Source: Diplonema japonicum (lineage: Eukaryota; Protista; Euglenozoa: Diplonemea). Taken from it: a DNA stretch of 64,000 bases. Positions 20,598 to 32,367 of the stretch are shown one piece after another (position 1 is the first letter of the stretch; each line of letters opens with the position of its first letter). The stretch lies in contig OZ025668.1 in assembly GCA_964019335.1 (NCBI GenBank), forward strand, positions 186,001 through 250,000, given 5' to 3'. Position numbers and translations under genes: made by a program. The notes beneath the pieces were generated by a model. That model was not told the DNA's origin, searched no databases, and worked only from the letters and a program-made list of their open reading frames with translations.

Positions 20598-23273
20598 CTA
20601 ACGGAATGGATTAGAACGTCGCCTTGCGAGCCTCCCCCCTGTGGCCTCCCCTGCCCATCCCTCAGCAGGGTTCTGTGGGACGACAAGCCCCCTGTTGAAG
20701 GGCCTCGCGAGCATCATCGTCCCCTCCATCACACTGATCACCTTCTCCATTGTGTGGTCTCCCGTCCCCTCGCACATTGTCCTTAGTTCCTCCACATCCC
20801 TGTCGTTGAAGGCCTCCTTGTACCTCGCCCCCCACTCCTCTCCCACAACTCCGTCAAACAGGTTCCACACACCGTCCACAAGGCTGAAGGTCTTCAGGTT
20901 GAGCTCGTACACTGTTCTGCTTGTCTCGAGCTCGCTGAAGTCTGACACCACAGCGGGACGAGGCGACCTGCTTGGGCTGTCCATTGACGCCATGCGTAAG
21001 GGTGCCGCCTCACGAGGGAGCTCCCAGGTGTCAACAGGGCGGGTGTGGACTTGGAGTGAGGTGTCAGTACCAGCACAGGACTCACCAGCAAGGAGGCAGA
21101 GGGTCCCGAGCTGCGAGGCCGCCTCCGCAAGGGCCCGCCCCTCCTCAACCCCAGACCCGAGAGAGGTCACGAAACGTTGTTTTGCACTCCCCAGCGACCC
21201 ATGCAGCACCCTCCCTGTGGACATCCCCACACTCACGAACCGCTCCCACACAGCACCACTGATAGACGAGTACAAGTGCGACACGAACTTCGCACTCTGA
21301 GCAACGTGCATCGCACAAGGCTTCCCTGCATTCCAGTTCGCAACAATGCTGTTGCTGCACACCACGTTCAGCAGGCCTTCCGTCCGCTCCACTCCTTCAA
21401 TAATGATGTTCAGGATCTCGTTCACAGCATCAACTGCGTTCGTGAACAGCACAAGACACGAGAAGTCCACCCTGATGTGCATCGTCGTCGCTGTGCTTGC
21501 TGTCAGGCGGTTGCGGGTGATGTGCTGGCTTACACCTTCACCAAAGAGCGAAGCACTCTTCTTGGAGTACGAGTGTGAAGACGGCGTCTTTAGGGGCTTT
21601 GGTGATTTGGTGAAATCTTTCCTCTTCTCAACAGTCCTCTCCACCTCACCCTGCCGCTTCGGGAGGTCTGAAGGAATTGCCACAAACAAGGGAACATTGC
21701 CCACCCCTTTCAGACTGACAGAACCCATCTTCGTGATGACAGGCTTGCTGAGGCCCTCTCCCCAGTTGGTGTTGTTGCTGAGCTGGGCTTGAACCTCTTC
21801 GGTGAAGGCGACTGCACCCCCTGCAGAGGCGGACTCCACCCTCGCTGCCTTGTTCACTGTGGGTCCCATGTAGTCGGTCCTCCCTGTCGTGGGGTTCAGT
21901 TCCAGCCTCGCGGGGCCTGTGTGGACCCCGATCCGCACCCGAAGCCCCCTCCAGCACAGGGACCCGTCCTCCTCCCTCCCCACCACCTTGCACAGTGGGT
22001 GTTCCAGGAGCGCCGCAGGCCACGGAGCACGGAGGAGAGACCCCTGCGCCAGGAGCCCGAACCGCACCCCTTCAACCACCTTGTCGAAGGCGACCATGAA
22101 GGCGTCCCCGATCGTCTTCACCTCGTACCCGTTCGTCGCCGTGATGCACTCCCTCATCACATCGTTGTGGATCTCCATCGCCGTCCGCATCGCCGACGTG
22201 TGCCTCTCCCAGATGTCCGTCGACGACTGGATGTCCGTGAACACGATCGTCACCTCCTCCTGACCGCTCCCTGCGGGGATCTGACGGATGTGGTGCATCT
22301 TCTTCATGTACTGACCAGCCCTTCCTCCCTCCCCTCTGCTTCCCTCCACCCCCGTCCCCTCTTGTGCCACCTCCTCGGCGGCGAACAAGGCGTCAGGGAG
22401 GTAAGGACGATAGAGCTTCAAGTTGTTGAGGAGTCCCAGGAAGGCCTCATTAAGTTCACTTTTATCACCCCCCTTCACAAGGTGCTCTGCTGTCTCCAAA
22501 TCGAAGCGCACCAAAGCCCTCGCCACCTCCTGTGCAAGAAGGACAGCAGCTTCTGACTTCTGCTGTTCACTACGCATCCCCAACGCGAACCTGCGTGTCA
22601 ACAAAAAGTCCCACACATAGACACCGACGCGTGTAAAAAGTGCGGAAACAAGCCATCTGGTATCTTCAGTGGGGCGAGGCTTGTCCTTGGTCCAGGACTC
22701 GGGGATGGTGTCGTAGAGGCCAAGGCCGACACCCTCTTCAAAGGTCTTGACAATGATGTAGAGGGTGGTTACGATTGTGAGGATCCATGCAGAACGCGAA
22801 CTACAGCCGGTGAGGAGGATAAGGTCCGCCATGAGCACGCTTGCTGTCCAGAGGTCGGTTTTACCATAAGTGAAAAAATCGCCTACAATGCAGAAAAGGA
22901 AGCCGAAGAGGAGAATAGAAATCTCGAGGAGACGAATAGGGAGGGTCTTGGTGCAGTAGCCGTACAAGGCCAGGACGCAACACACTGCCATGCGGGATAT
23001 ACCAAGGAAGCCCATGAAGACCTTGTCGTCGTTGAAGGCAGAGAGCAAGGGAAAGGTTTCTAGAATTAAGGTGAGAATGGACACAGGTATGATGATGTTT
23101 TTCGCTGTCCGCTGCATGGCAGTGTCATTAGGACAGGTCCAGGGAGACATGAACTTCTCAAAACCACGGCCTAAGCACGAACGCTCTTCGGGGCCTGTGA
23201 TGAGAACCCCCTCAGAGTTGTAACCCCCAACTTCCGCCATTTCGATGTCATCGTCATATATTACAGCACCCAT
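20598..23273 (-). CDS. Membrane adenylyl cyclase, copy 4 (891 aa)
   Basis: Catalytic motifs intact; tail RRRSNPFR. Confidence 0.93.
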   Translation of the reverse strand: MGAVIYDDDIEMAEVGGYNSEGVLITGPEERSCLGRGFEKFMSPWTCPNDTAMQRTAKNIIIPVSILTLILETFPLLSAFNDDKVFMGFLGISRMAVCCVLALYGYCTKTLPIRLLEISILLFGFLFCIVGDFFTYGKTDLWTASVLMADLILLTGCSSRSAWILTIVTTLYIIVKTFEEGVGLGLYDTIPESWTKDKPRPTEDTRWLVSALFTRVGVYVWDFLLTRRFALGMRSEQQKSEAAVLLAQEVARALVRFDLETAEHLVKGGDKSELNEAFLGLLNNLKLYRPYLPDALFAAEEVAQEGTGVEGSRGEGGRAGQYMKKMHHIRQIPAGSGQEEVTIVFTDIQSSTDIWERHTSAMRTAMEIHNDVMRECITATNGYEVKTIGDAFMVAFDKVVEGVRFGLLAQGSLLRAPWPAALLEHPLCKVVGREEDGSLCWRGLRVRIGVHTGPARLELNPTTGRTDYMGPTVNKAARVESASAGGAVAFTEEVQAQLSNNTNWGEGLSKPVITKMGSVSLKGVGNVPLFVAIPSDLPKRQGEVERTVEKRKDFTKSPKPLKTPSSHSYSKKSASLFGEGVSQHITRNRLTASTATTMHIRVDFSCLVLFTNAVDAVNEILNIIIEGVERTEGLLNVVCSNSIVANWNAGKPCAMHVAQSAKFVSHLYSSISGAVWERFVSVGMSTGRVLHGSLGSAKQRFVTSLGSGVEEGRALAEAASQLGTLCLLAGESCAGTDTSLQVHTRPVDTWELPREAAPLRMASMDSPSRSPRPAVVSDFSELETSRTVYELNLKTFSLVDGVWNLFDGVVGEEWGARYKEAFNDRDVEELRTMCEGTGDHTMEKVISVMEGTMMLARPFNRGLVVPQNPAEGWAGEATGGRLARRRSNPFR

Positions 23274-24993
23274 GTGAGCTGTGGTGTTGTTTTACAGAAT
23301 GAGAAAGAGGGTTAAAAGAAATGAAAAAAAATATCATTCTATAGCCAAAGCAAAAGGGTATTTCGACTCAGGCTTTGAAATCAAATGATAAACAGAACAA
23401 GGCAAGGAGTCCCAAGGCGGGAGAGAGAACTAGCGATTCCACTGACATTGTGATGATCTCCTGTCATTGGCCGCCGCCCGTTTTTTTCTTTTTTCTTTTG
23501 CGGGGGGTTGTTCTTGATTTTCTGACATATGTGTCGTTGTAATCTTTCGTGAGTAGTAGAAAAAAAAAACAGTTTTTCGACGTAGCGTAAGGTAATAAAA
23601 GAAGAAGAGGGGGGGGGGGGTAAAAGTATTTGTTTGACCCCTGCTTTTTTTCACTAAAGTACAAAGGTGACCTCAGCACTTTCTAAAAAAAAAAAGGGTG
23701 CAACAAAAGGCAAAACCGACGCTGCGTCTTCTTGCAACCCTTAGAGATGAGATCTGAAATCGTGCTGAAACTAAGTAGGGGTCGCCTTTGTAATCTTCTG
23801 CAAGGTTTTTCGAATTTTGTACTTTAACTCCCCCCCCTTCAAAAAAAAACTGAAAAAGTTTACCCGAACTGTCAAAAGAACAATGCTGGGACATAAATTC
23901 CTGGCAGTCGTTCGGGGATTAGAAGAAAAGAACGAAAAAAAGAGACAAAAAGAGTGGGGCAGCAAAAAATCCTTTTTTTCTTTTCCTTTTTTTTTTATCT
24001 CTTCTCCTTTCCTCTCTTTGTTCCCCCCCCCCCCCCCCCCCCGTGTCTTCTGATGACAATTAAGAGAGAAAGAAAAGAGACATTTAAAGGCACCTGCGAT
24101 ATGTGGCGGGACGCCTGAAAAAAAAAGGGAGAAAAAGCCGATGACGATGGTCATGCTGACTGGCTGGGGGAAAATAACTTGCCGACACCCCGAACGGAAA
24201 ATTCTCGTTAGGCTCTTCGAAAGAAAAAAATATATGAGCTTGCCCGGAAAAAAATGTCAACACTTTCTTTTGGCAGTTCGAAAACTTTTGCAGCATGCAA
24301 CCATAGGAAGATGACAAATATGGTGTACCTGTTGCCGTTCTTTCAATTGCGATGCTTGTTTTGCCATGAGGGTGGCAGGCTTTGCAACCGGCTGCGAGCG
24401 AAAAACAGAGGTCAGAAAAACGGCGGAAAATGCAGCATCTAGAGTGCCTAAAAGTGGTGCTAGGAGGGTCATTTGTTGACTTTTCCGGAAAACGAGCTCA
24501 TTAAAAAAAAAAAAAAAAAAACTAACGCCTCCTCTCTGCCAAGTACGCGAGACTTCGCTGTACATATGGATCTTTCCTCTTTTCTTGCATTCTCACAAGC
24601 TTTTGAAAGCTCTTTGTGTACCCCCGAAAGAGTCTAAAGATACTACAGAGGAAAGTAAAAGACCAATACAAAGGGTCACCACAGCAGTGTGTGGTGAGCT
24701 TCTATTTAGCCTTCAGCGCCTTGCAGTGCTGTTGTGTCGTTCGTTGCTTAATGTGACAACCTCCTCCTCCAAAAAAATATAGGGGAAAAATAGAATAGAA
24801 CTAACATTTTAATAATACACGTAACTCTTTTTTTTTTTTTCTTGTGATGCCTGGTCATACTTGAAGCATAAAAAATGGATTATGAGAGCTGAGTTTCGGA
24901 GAAACAAAAAAAAAAAGAGGGGGGAGGGTAATATATTCACGGGAACAGCCGCCCTATTAAAACACAATTTTTGCAGGGGTCAAACGTAATGCC

Positions 24994-27584
24994 TCAAGAA
25001 GTGACTACAGAGGTAACTGTGTCGGTGCAGTGGTCCAGAACTCCAGTGCGCCATCTATCCCTGCCTGCAGAATCGAGCGGAGCTTCGCCAGGAGGTATGC
25101 ATCGTCCGCGTAGGCTACAACGTCCACCCCCGCTGCCTCCATCGTCTTGATCATCACAGAAAGCAGCGCGTTGATGATGATCACCGACAATGGGCAGCCC
25201 TGGAGGATGCCTCGAACGGGTCGCCCACTCCAATCGGGAACTTAAACCTCCTTGAAATCTGGTTGTACATCCCTTGGAGTGCTCTCCTTATTGGTTCTGC
25301 CAAGCCCATTGCACCTCATCAGGTCCAGTGATAGTCCCTGCGGTACCATGTCGAAGCACTTGCTGAAGTCAAGGGCTATACCTTGGAGTGGTTCTCCCTC
25401 GACTAGTGCTAGCTCCAACTTTGTACAGAGTTCCATCAGAGCTGAAGTCGTGCTGTGCTTAGGCCTGAATCCGTGCTGATTTGGCGTGATCCACCGCTCT
25501 TGCCAGCCTAGCACCTGCCTCAGTCTCGCGCTTGCCCACAGCCGTAGATGGTGCTGGTCACCGTGATTGGCCGGTGGTTTAGGGGTGCCGACCCCTCCCC
25601 TTTCGGTGTGAGCGTTACCAGGGCTGTTGTGATCTGCTCCGGCCATTGTCCTGTTCTTTCAACGAGGTTGAAGAGATCCGCGAACCCGCTGAGGATGGGC
25701 TTCGGCAGTCGCTTCAGCTCGCTGATGCGCCATCCATCCACTCCGCACGCTCCGTTGTCAGGCTTTTTCCTGGTTGCCGCTTTCCACGCCCGCCCCGGGT
25801 GTGACCCCAAGGTGGCCATCGGTCTGGGCGACGTATCCGACGTGATTCTGCAGTTTAGGATCTTCCCTGTCGGGGTCGTGATCCTCACCTTGTCGGTCGG
25901 AGGTTTCGTTCCTCTGACCAGCACCGCGCCCGTTGCTCCATCCGCCCCTGACCGGTACTCCCTTCCATCCCATCTTTGCGGTGATCCTCTCCATGTGCTG
26001 TTCGCTGCAATCCGAGTAGAGCCCGGTGAGCTTCCACGTCGGCTCCCCGTGTTGGCCCTCCAGCCCCGCATCCTCTCCCATCGCCTTGTTGAGGATGGCG
26101 ATCTTCCGTTCCTCCGTCGTCCGTATCCCGATGCGGCCGTCACCGTCCCGCATCGCCAGACCCTCCGCCTCTGCCTGCGCCAACGCTACGTCCAGCGTTG
26201 TGTCCTTCGGAAGCCACGCAACCGGCCCGAGCTTCCCGTCTTTCAGTTTGAGGAAGACCCCGTCCTTCCCTGAGTCCTTCAGCATCCCCGCCAGCCTTTC
26301 CTTCGGGAGCGTTACCAGCGCGTCGACTCGTTGTACCCCGCTCAGGTGCTTGTCTACCCTCAGGACGCCTCGGCAGCCCATCTTCTAGCTGGCCGTGCGG
26401 TCCGTTCACCATTCGTTCCCAGAGTTCTGGCGAGGCGTGCTCTTTCGCGACCACAACTGCTGCTCTGACGAACATCTTCCCCAGGTCTATGTCCACCGTG
26501 CCTGCAGGTGCAACCAGCTCGACTCTCCCGCTCAGCGCCGTCAGGAACATCGTCTTGTTGCTGTACTCGATTGCCGTCTTGACGACGATGTCGACTTCCA
26601 GCCTTCCGTCCCCCCCTTGCTTCGTGAGCACCCCCTTGATCCCTGACCATTTCATTGCCTGCACCTTCAACAAACTCTCCTCAGACAGTAGCACCACGCC
26701 GTCCACTCCCTTCGCCATGTCCTCCATCTCATGAAGGGGACTTGAAACTGGTCCTTTTCTAGCTTCCACACTTTCTTGGCGTCCTCCTTCGCTGGGGCCG
26801 TTCTCTTCTTGTTGTTGTTGGGGGTGCGCCAGGATTTGCGTTCTCCGTCAGTTGTTGGCATCCCCACCTTCACCAGCTCAAACTTCTGTTGAACGGTCTT
26901 CAGCACCCCTTTTTCGAAGGGCTCAGCGACAAAGCAGAACCTTCCCTGTCCGTCGTGCCCTATGTGCACCTTCTTTTTCCCGCCTTGAGCGACCTGTACC
27001 ACTAAGGATCCCTCTGCAAGCACTGCAACATGAATGTTGGCTTTCAGTGCTCTTGCGGCGGCCTGGATGCGGCTGTCTGCGATGGATCCTTCTCGGTTGT
27101 GTGCTACACAGAAGCCGTCGAGGTCGCCTCCTTCCACGAGTGGGGTGTACTCCGCCTCGTTCCGCCTCAGTTCCTGCAGGGCCATGCCCTGCACCTCTGC
27201 CTTCTTCATCGCTAACTTCTTTGCTAGCACTCCGTACAAGGTGTAGTCCTTCCCCGCCTCCACCGTCATGCCAAACCCCTTCAGCGCTCGTGAGAGGTCT
27301 TGGAACCCCATCCTGCTTCGACCTATCCCTTCTGTCGTTTTTACCTTCTCTGTCGTTATTGTCTTCTCGTCCTTTCGCTTCGCTTTGATTTTATCTTCCA
27401 GTCTTCTTCGTCCTGCGCTTCCTTTTTTGTGATTTGTCTTTTTTTCTGTCTTCCTAGTTTTTCGCTTTCTATTGATTCTTCCCTCTGTCTTCTCGTCTTT
27501 TACTCTTCTTCTATTTTTCCTCTTTTCAAACCGTATTACCTATTGACTTCATTGGCACGGTCGGACACCAATAAAGTACAGAAA
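24994..27584 (-). mobile_element. Decayed non-LTR retrotransposon (N-terminal ORF region plus reverse transcriptase; frameshifted, internally deleted, 3'-truncated)
   Basis: RT motifs across frames: ACGVDGWRISELKRLP, GQWPEQITTALVTLTPK, HRPITVTSTIY, QHGFRPKHST, ALDFSKCFDMVP, RGILQGCPLS, VAYADDAYL. Upstream coding starts at ATG 27311; purine-rich 5' UTR at 27312-27568. Confidence 0.93.
27569..27584 (-). other. Spliced-leader (SL) relic at the 5' end of the retrotransposon
   Basis: The minus strand reads TTTCTGTACTTTATTG, the conserved 3'-terminal 16 nt of the kinetoplastid/diplonemid 39-nt SL exon. It is in sense orientation and directly abuts the element's 5' UTR. Confidence 0.75.
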
Positions 27585-28234
27585 AAAATGCTACGACGGA
27601 CCTTAAGGTGCTTGGTTAAAACACGATGGGAGCTTGAAGCGGAGTGGATCGGCTCCATGAGGGAACCGGACACCTCACAACTCTGTAGTCTACCGTATTA
27701 AAAATAATAAGGTCGGAAACAATTAAGGCAATTTAAAGTGTTTGCCATCACCCACTTTGCGTAAAATTACGCAGGTTACGCGTAAGAAGTGGCAGGGCAG
27801 ATATCACCCGTTTCGCATGAGCGTATCTAAAAGCTGTTTGCCTCTATGGCGTCTGAGGATGCAAAATGTTCTGATCCGGAAGCATTCGGGTTACAGTCAT
27901 GGATCTCAAGCAACAAAAAGTTTAAAACTATATTCATTTAAAATACGGTACTTCATGATTCTGTTTTTTTTTTTTTTTTTTTAATGATAAGTATAAGTAT
28001 AAGTTCAAATAGAACGTGAGGACGAACACAATAAAAAACCTAATTTCAAACAGCGATATGTAAAGTGAGTGTCATTAAAGTGAATGTCATTGTGAACTGG
28101 ACACCAAGTGTCCTGAAGCATTGGAAAAAAAAAATAAAATAAACTAAACAAAGTAGGTCGCATCGACTGCTGCGTTGATGCTCAGTGTAGGTGTTCTATT
28201 CTCATTCATCTATATCAACTGCCAACTGCCATTA

Positions 28235-30901
28235 TCATGACACCATGCTTGCGATCGACCCTCTTGGCCTCCGCCTAGCGATCCTTGTCCCTGTGGCCTC
28301 CCCTGCCCATCCCTCAGCAGGGTTCTGTGGGACGACAAGCCCCCTGTTGAAGGGCCTCGCGAGCATCATCGTCCCCTCCATCACACTGATCACCTTCTCC
28401 ATTGTGTGGTCTCCCGTCCCCTCGCACATTGTCCTTAGTTCCTCCACATCCCTGTCGTTGAAGGCCTCCTTGTACCTCGCCCCCCACTCCTCTCCCACAA
28501 CTCCGTCAAACAGGTTCCACACACCGTCCACAAGGCTGAAGGTCTTCAGGTTGAGCTCGTACACTGTTCTGCTTGTCTCGAGCTCGCTGAAGTCTGACAC
28601 CACAGCGGGACGAGGCGACCTGCTTGGGCTGTCCATTGACGCCATGCGTAAGGGTGCCGCCTCACGAGGGAGCTCCCAGGTGTCAACAGGGCGGGTGTGG
28701 ACTTGGAGTGAGGTGTCAGTACCAGCACAGGACTCACCAGCAAGGAGGCAGAGGGTCCCGAGCTGCGAGGCCGCCTCCGCAAGGGCCCGCCCCTCCTCAA
28801 CCCCAGACCCGAGAGAGGTCACGAAACGTTGTTTTGCACTCCCCAGCGACCCATGCAGCACCCTCCCTGTGGACATCCCCACACTCACGAACCGCTCCCA
28901 CACAGCACCACTGATAGACGAGTACAAGTGCGACACGAACTTCGCACTCTGAGCAACGTGCATCGCACAAGGCTTCCCTGCATTCCAGTTCGCAACAATG
29001 CTGTTGCTGCACACCACGTTCAGCAGGCCTTCCGTCCGCTCCACTCCTTCAATAATGATGTTCAGGATCTCGTTCACAGCATCAACTGCGTTCGTGAACA
29101 GCACAAGACACGAGAAGTCCACCCTGATGTGCATCGTCGTCGCTGTGCTTGCTGTCAGGCGGTTGCGGGTGATGTGCTGTGTCCGTACCTCGGTGCTTTT
29201 CTTGGAGTGTGAGTGGACGGAGGCTGATTTTTCAGGAGATCTGGGTGATGTGGGCATCTGGTCAAACCGACGCTTCTCGAGTGTCCTCTCCACCTCACCC
29301 TGCCGCTTCGGGAGGTCTGAAGGAATAGCTACAAGCAATGGAACGTCACCCACCCCCTTGAGACTGACAGAACCCATCTTCGTGATGACAGGCTTGCTGA
29401 GGCCCTCTCCCCAGTTGGTGTTGTTGCTGAGCTGGGCTTGAACCTCTTCGGTGAAGGCGACTGCACCCCCTGCAGAGGCGGACTCCACCCTCGCTGCCTT
29501 GTTCACTGTGGGTCCCATGTAGTCGGTCCTCCCTGTCGTGGGGTTCAGTTCCAGCCTCGCGGGGCCTGTGTGGACCCCGATCCGCACCCGAAGCCCCCTC
29601 CAGCACAGGGACCCGTCCTCCTCCCTCCCCACCACCTTGCACAGTGGGTGTTCCAGGAGCGCCGCAGGCCACGGAGCACGGAGGAGAGACCCCTGCGCCA
29701 GGAGCCCGAACCGCACCCCTTCAACCACCTTGTCGAAGGCGACCATGAAGGCGTCCCCGATCGTCTTCACCTCGTACCCGTTCGTCGCCGTGATGCACTC
29801 CCTCATCACATCGTTGTGGATCTCCATCGCCGTCCGCATCGCCGACGTGTGCCTCTCCCAGATGTCCGTCGACGACTGGATGTCCGTGAACACGATCGTC
29901 ACCTCCTCCTGACCGCTCCCTGCGGGGATCTGACGGATGTGGTGCATCTTCTTCATGTACTGACCAGCCCTTCCTCCCTCCCCTCTGCTTCCCTCCACCC
30001 CCGTCCCCTCTTGTGCCACCTCCTCGGCGGCGAACAAGGCATCAGGGAGGTAAGGACGATAGAGCTTCAAGTTGCTGAGGAGTCCCAGGAAAGCTCTGTT
30101 CAGTTCGCTTTTCTCAGCGTTCTTCACAAGGTGCTCTGCTGTCTCCAAGTCGAAGCGCACCAATGCGCCGGCAACCTTCTGTGCAAGAAGGACAGCAGCT
30201 TCTGACTTCTGCTGCTCTTCACGCATCCCCAACGCGAACCTGCGTGTCATCAGGAAGTCGATCTGAAACACCATGAGCCTCACAAGTAGCGCCGACAGCA
30301 ACCAGGTGCCGCCTTCCGTTGGCCTTGCTTCGGTGCCTGTCCAGGACTCGGGGATGGCATTGTAGATGCCAAGGCCGATGCCTTCCTCGAATGTCTTGAC
30401 GGTGATATACATGAGGGTAACGATGGTGAGGATCCAACCGCTTTTCGGGCTGCACCCGGTGAGGAGGAGGACGTCTGCTGCGAGAACGCTTCCTGTCCAG
30501 AGGTCCTCCTTGCCGTAGGCGGAGAGGTCGCCGATGAGGCAGTAGAAAAAAGAAATAGAGAGAATGGTGGCCTCGACGAGGGGGATGTGGATCTTTTTGG
30601 TGAGGTAGCTGTGTACGAGGAGGGGAATAGGGAGAAGGCCACGAGACAAGTTGAGTCCTGAAAGCACGTACCTCCCACCAAGGGAGTGTGTGATGGTGAA
30701 GAAGAGCTGCGAGAGGCTGAACACAATGGATACTGGGATCAGAAGGTTCTTTGCTGTACGTTCATGCCCCGAGTCATCGTCACAGGCCCAATGCGACATT
30801 AGGCTACGGTACAGTCTTGTCAGGCATCCTGGCTGTCGGGGCGCCTCTTCTGTGTCTTCCATGCTCTCGGATATTGTACACATTTCGACATCTTCTCCCA
30901 T
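28235..30901 (-). CDS. Membrane adenylyl cyclase, copy 5 (888 aa from ATG)
   Basis: ATG at 30901 (the ORF track starts at the adjacent GTG); catalytic motifs intact; tail RRRPRGSIASMVS. Confidence 0.93.
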   Translation of the reverse strand: MGEDVEMCTISESMEDTEEAPRQPGCLTRLYRSLMSHWACDDDSGHERTAKNLLIPVSIVFSLSQLFFTITHSLGGRYVLSGLNLSRGLLPIPLLVHSYLTKKIHIPLVEATILSISFFYCLIGDLSAYGKEDLWTGSVLAADVLLLTGCSPKSGWILTIVTLMYITVKTFEEGIGLGIYNAIPESWTGTEARPTEGGTWLLSALLVRLMVFQIDFLMTRRFALGMREEQQKSEAAVLLAQKVAGALVRFDLETAEHLVKNAEKSELNRAFLGLLSNLKLYRPYLPDALFAAEEVAQEGTGVEGSRGEGGRAGQYMKKMHHIRQIPAGSGQEEVTIVFTDIQSSTDIWERHTSAMRTAMEIHNDVMRECITATNGYEVKTIGDAFMVAFDKVVEGVRFGLLAQGSLLRAPWPAALLEHPLCKVVGREEDGSLCWRGLRVRIGVHTGPARLELNPTTGRTDYMGPTVNKAARVESASAGGAVAFTEEVQAQLSNNTNWGEGLSKPVITKMGSVSLKGVGDVPLLVAIPSDLPKRQGEVERTLEKRRFDQMPTSPRSPEKSASVHSHSKKSTEVRTQHITRNRLTASTATTMHIRVDFSCLVLFTNAVDAVNEILNIIIEGVERTEGLLNVVCSNSIVANWNAGKPCAMHVAQSAKFVSHLYSSISGAVWERFVSVGMSTGRVLHGSLGSAKQRFVTSLGSGVEEGRALAEAASQLGTLCLLAGESCAGTDTSLQVHTRPVDTWELPREAAPLRMASMDSPSRSPRPAVVSDFSELETSRTVYELNLKTFSLVDGVWNLFDGVVGEEWGARYKEAFNDRDVEELRTMCEGTGDHTMEKVISVMEGTMMLARPFNRGLVVPQNPAEGWAGEATGTRIARRRPRGSIASMVS

Positions 30902-31135
30902 CACTGCAACCTGGGTGTGGTGTAAAAATAAATGATGAGATGCAAAAGCACAATTATAAAGACAAAAGGAGTGGGTATTATTCTTTTTCTTCTTTTTCGC
31001 TTTCTTTTTTTTCTTTTTTCTTTCGACAGAACTGTAAAAGAAAGAAGTCAGAAAAAGGGGAAAACTTGTGTTTTTTTCTTCGTTGGGATGAATTTAAACG
31101 AAACAGAAAAGGAACAAAGAAAATATATGTATATT

Positions 31136-31197
31136 TATATGAGTTAAACGAAGTCGAGACGCCCCCTTGTTCTCATCTCCAACCTGCGCCTATCCCC
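31136..31197 (-). repeat. 5'-truncated 3' tail of the non-LTR family seen at 2165
   Basis: TATATGAGTTAAACGAAGTC..GAGACGCCCCCTTGTTCTCATCTCCAACCTGCGCCTATCCCC aligns to 2167-2233. Confidence 0.8.
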
Positions 31198-31791
31198 AAA
31201 AAAACAGATCTTACAACGAAAATTCTTTTTTCATTCCCGACTTCAATTAAAGTTACGGGTAAAATACCGCAACCCAGGGGGAAAAAAAAAACCTAACGTT
31301 TAGAGTTTCCTAACCACTTTTTGAGGTCAGCAACAACAAAAGAATGCGGGGGGTGGATAAGGCATGTTTTCTTCATTTGTCAACTGCCACGATTTTTCTT
31401 CTTGTTCTTCTTCCATTATAAGGGGCCGCATTGCATTTTCCAAGGATCGCAATGAGGGTACCCTTTTTTAGGGGGTTCTAGTATTGTGTAAAAAAAAAAA
31501 AAAAAAGATCTTCGTCAAAAAAAAAAAAAAATGGGGCTTTGGTTGCAACACTATTTAAAAAAAACTCATTGGTTCTTCTTAACGAAAGTCTTTTTCTGGG
31601 TACGGCTTGTTTTTCAAAAAGTCACTGTGGGTGAGTACGCAGCTCTGACAAACCTTTTTTTTTTAAATTCCCCCTCCCGTTTCGTTTTACAGTAGAGCAT
31701 TTATTATTTTTTTAATTTCTTCACTACGCTTGTTCAATTAGCACAGTGAGTTGTGGGTATTCTCCGATCAAAGAGAAGCAAGTAGCTGCAT

Positions 31792-31905
31792 CCCTTGTCA
31801 CCCTTCTACTTCTCATGGTGATGATAATTTCAAAATGTCGCGAATTAAAAAACCACTTACTTACCAAAAGGAATGGACAAAAATCATTACTTGTTGGCAG
31901 TAAAC
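31792..31905 (+). repeat. Degenerate 3' fragment of family A with the hairpin deleted
   Basis: CCCTTGTCACCCT...TAATTTCA...AAAACCACTTAC.TACC...TCATTACTTGTTGGCAGTAAA matches 34859-35052 without the palindrome. Confidence 0.6.
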
Positions 31906-32335
31906 ATTTCTTTCCTTTTTTTTTTTTCTTCTTTTTCTTTTGCTGTAAAAACGGGAAAAAAAACCTGTCTGCGGTGGACGGGGTCCCTCTGGAGTGGATC
32001 ATCAAATTCATTGCGAATGCAGCCACAATGTGAGAGTGACCCTTTTAGCTCCATATTTTACTCACACTGACACGAATTTCTTTTTTTGTTTTGTTTTTGT
32101 TTTTCCCGTTTTTTACAGTAACATTTATTCAGGTTTGAGAAGAGAGAGGAGAGGAGAGTTTAAAAAAAAAAAAAAGAAAAAAAAAAAGAGAAAAAAAAGG
32201 TGTCTTTGAAGGGAACCTGCAGTATGTGACAGGATCGCCTAACGATAATGAACTCATCTAGTGTTTGATCCCTTTTGTCGTGGTAGTGCCTTAGGCCCGT
32301 CGTGGTATCTTTCAGCAGCTTGGGCGTGAAACCAA

Positions 32336-32367
<32 letters not shown>

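Noticed and set aside
27540-27600. Possible SL RNA gene
   Set aside because: The 5' half of the SL exon, the GTATG donor and a tandem-array context are all absent; a relic interpretation fits better.
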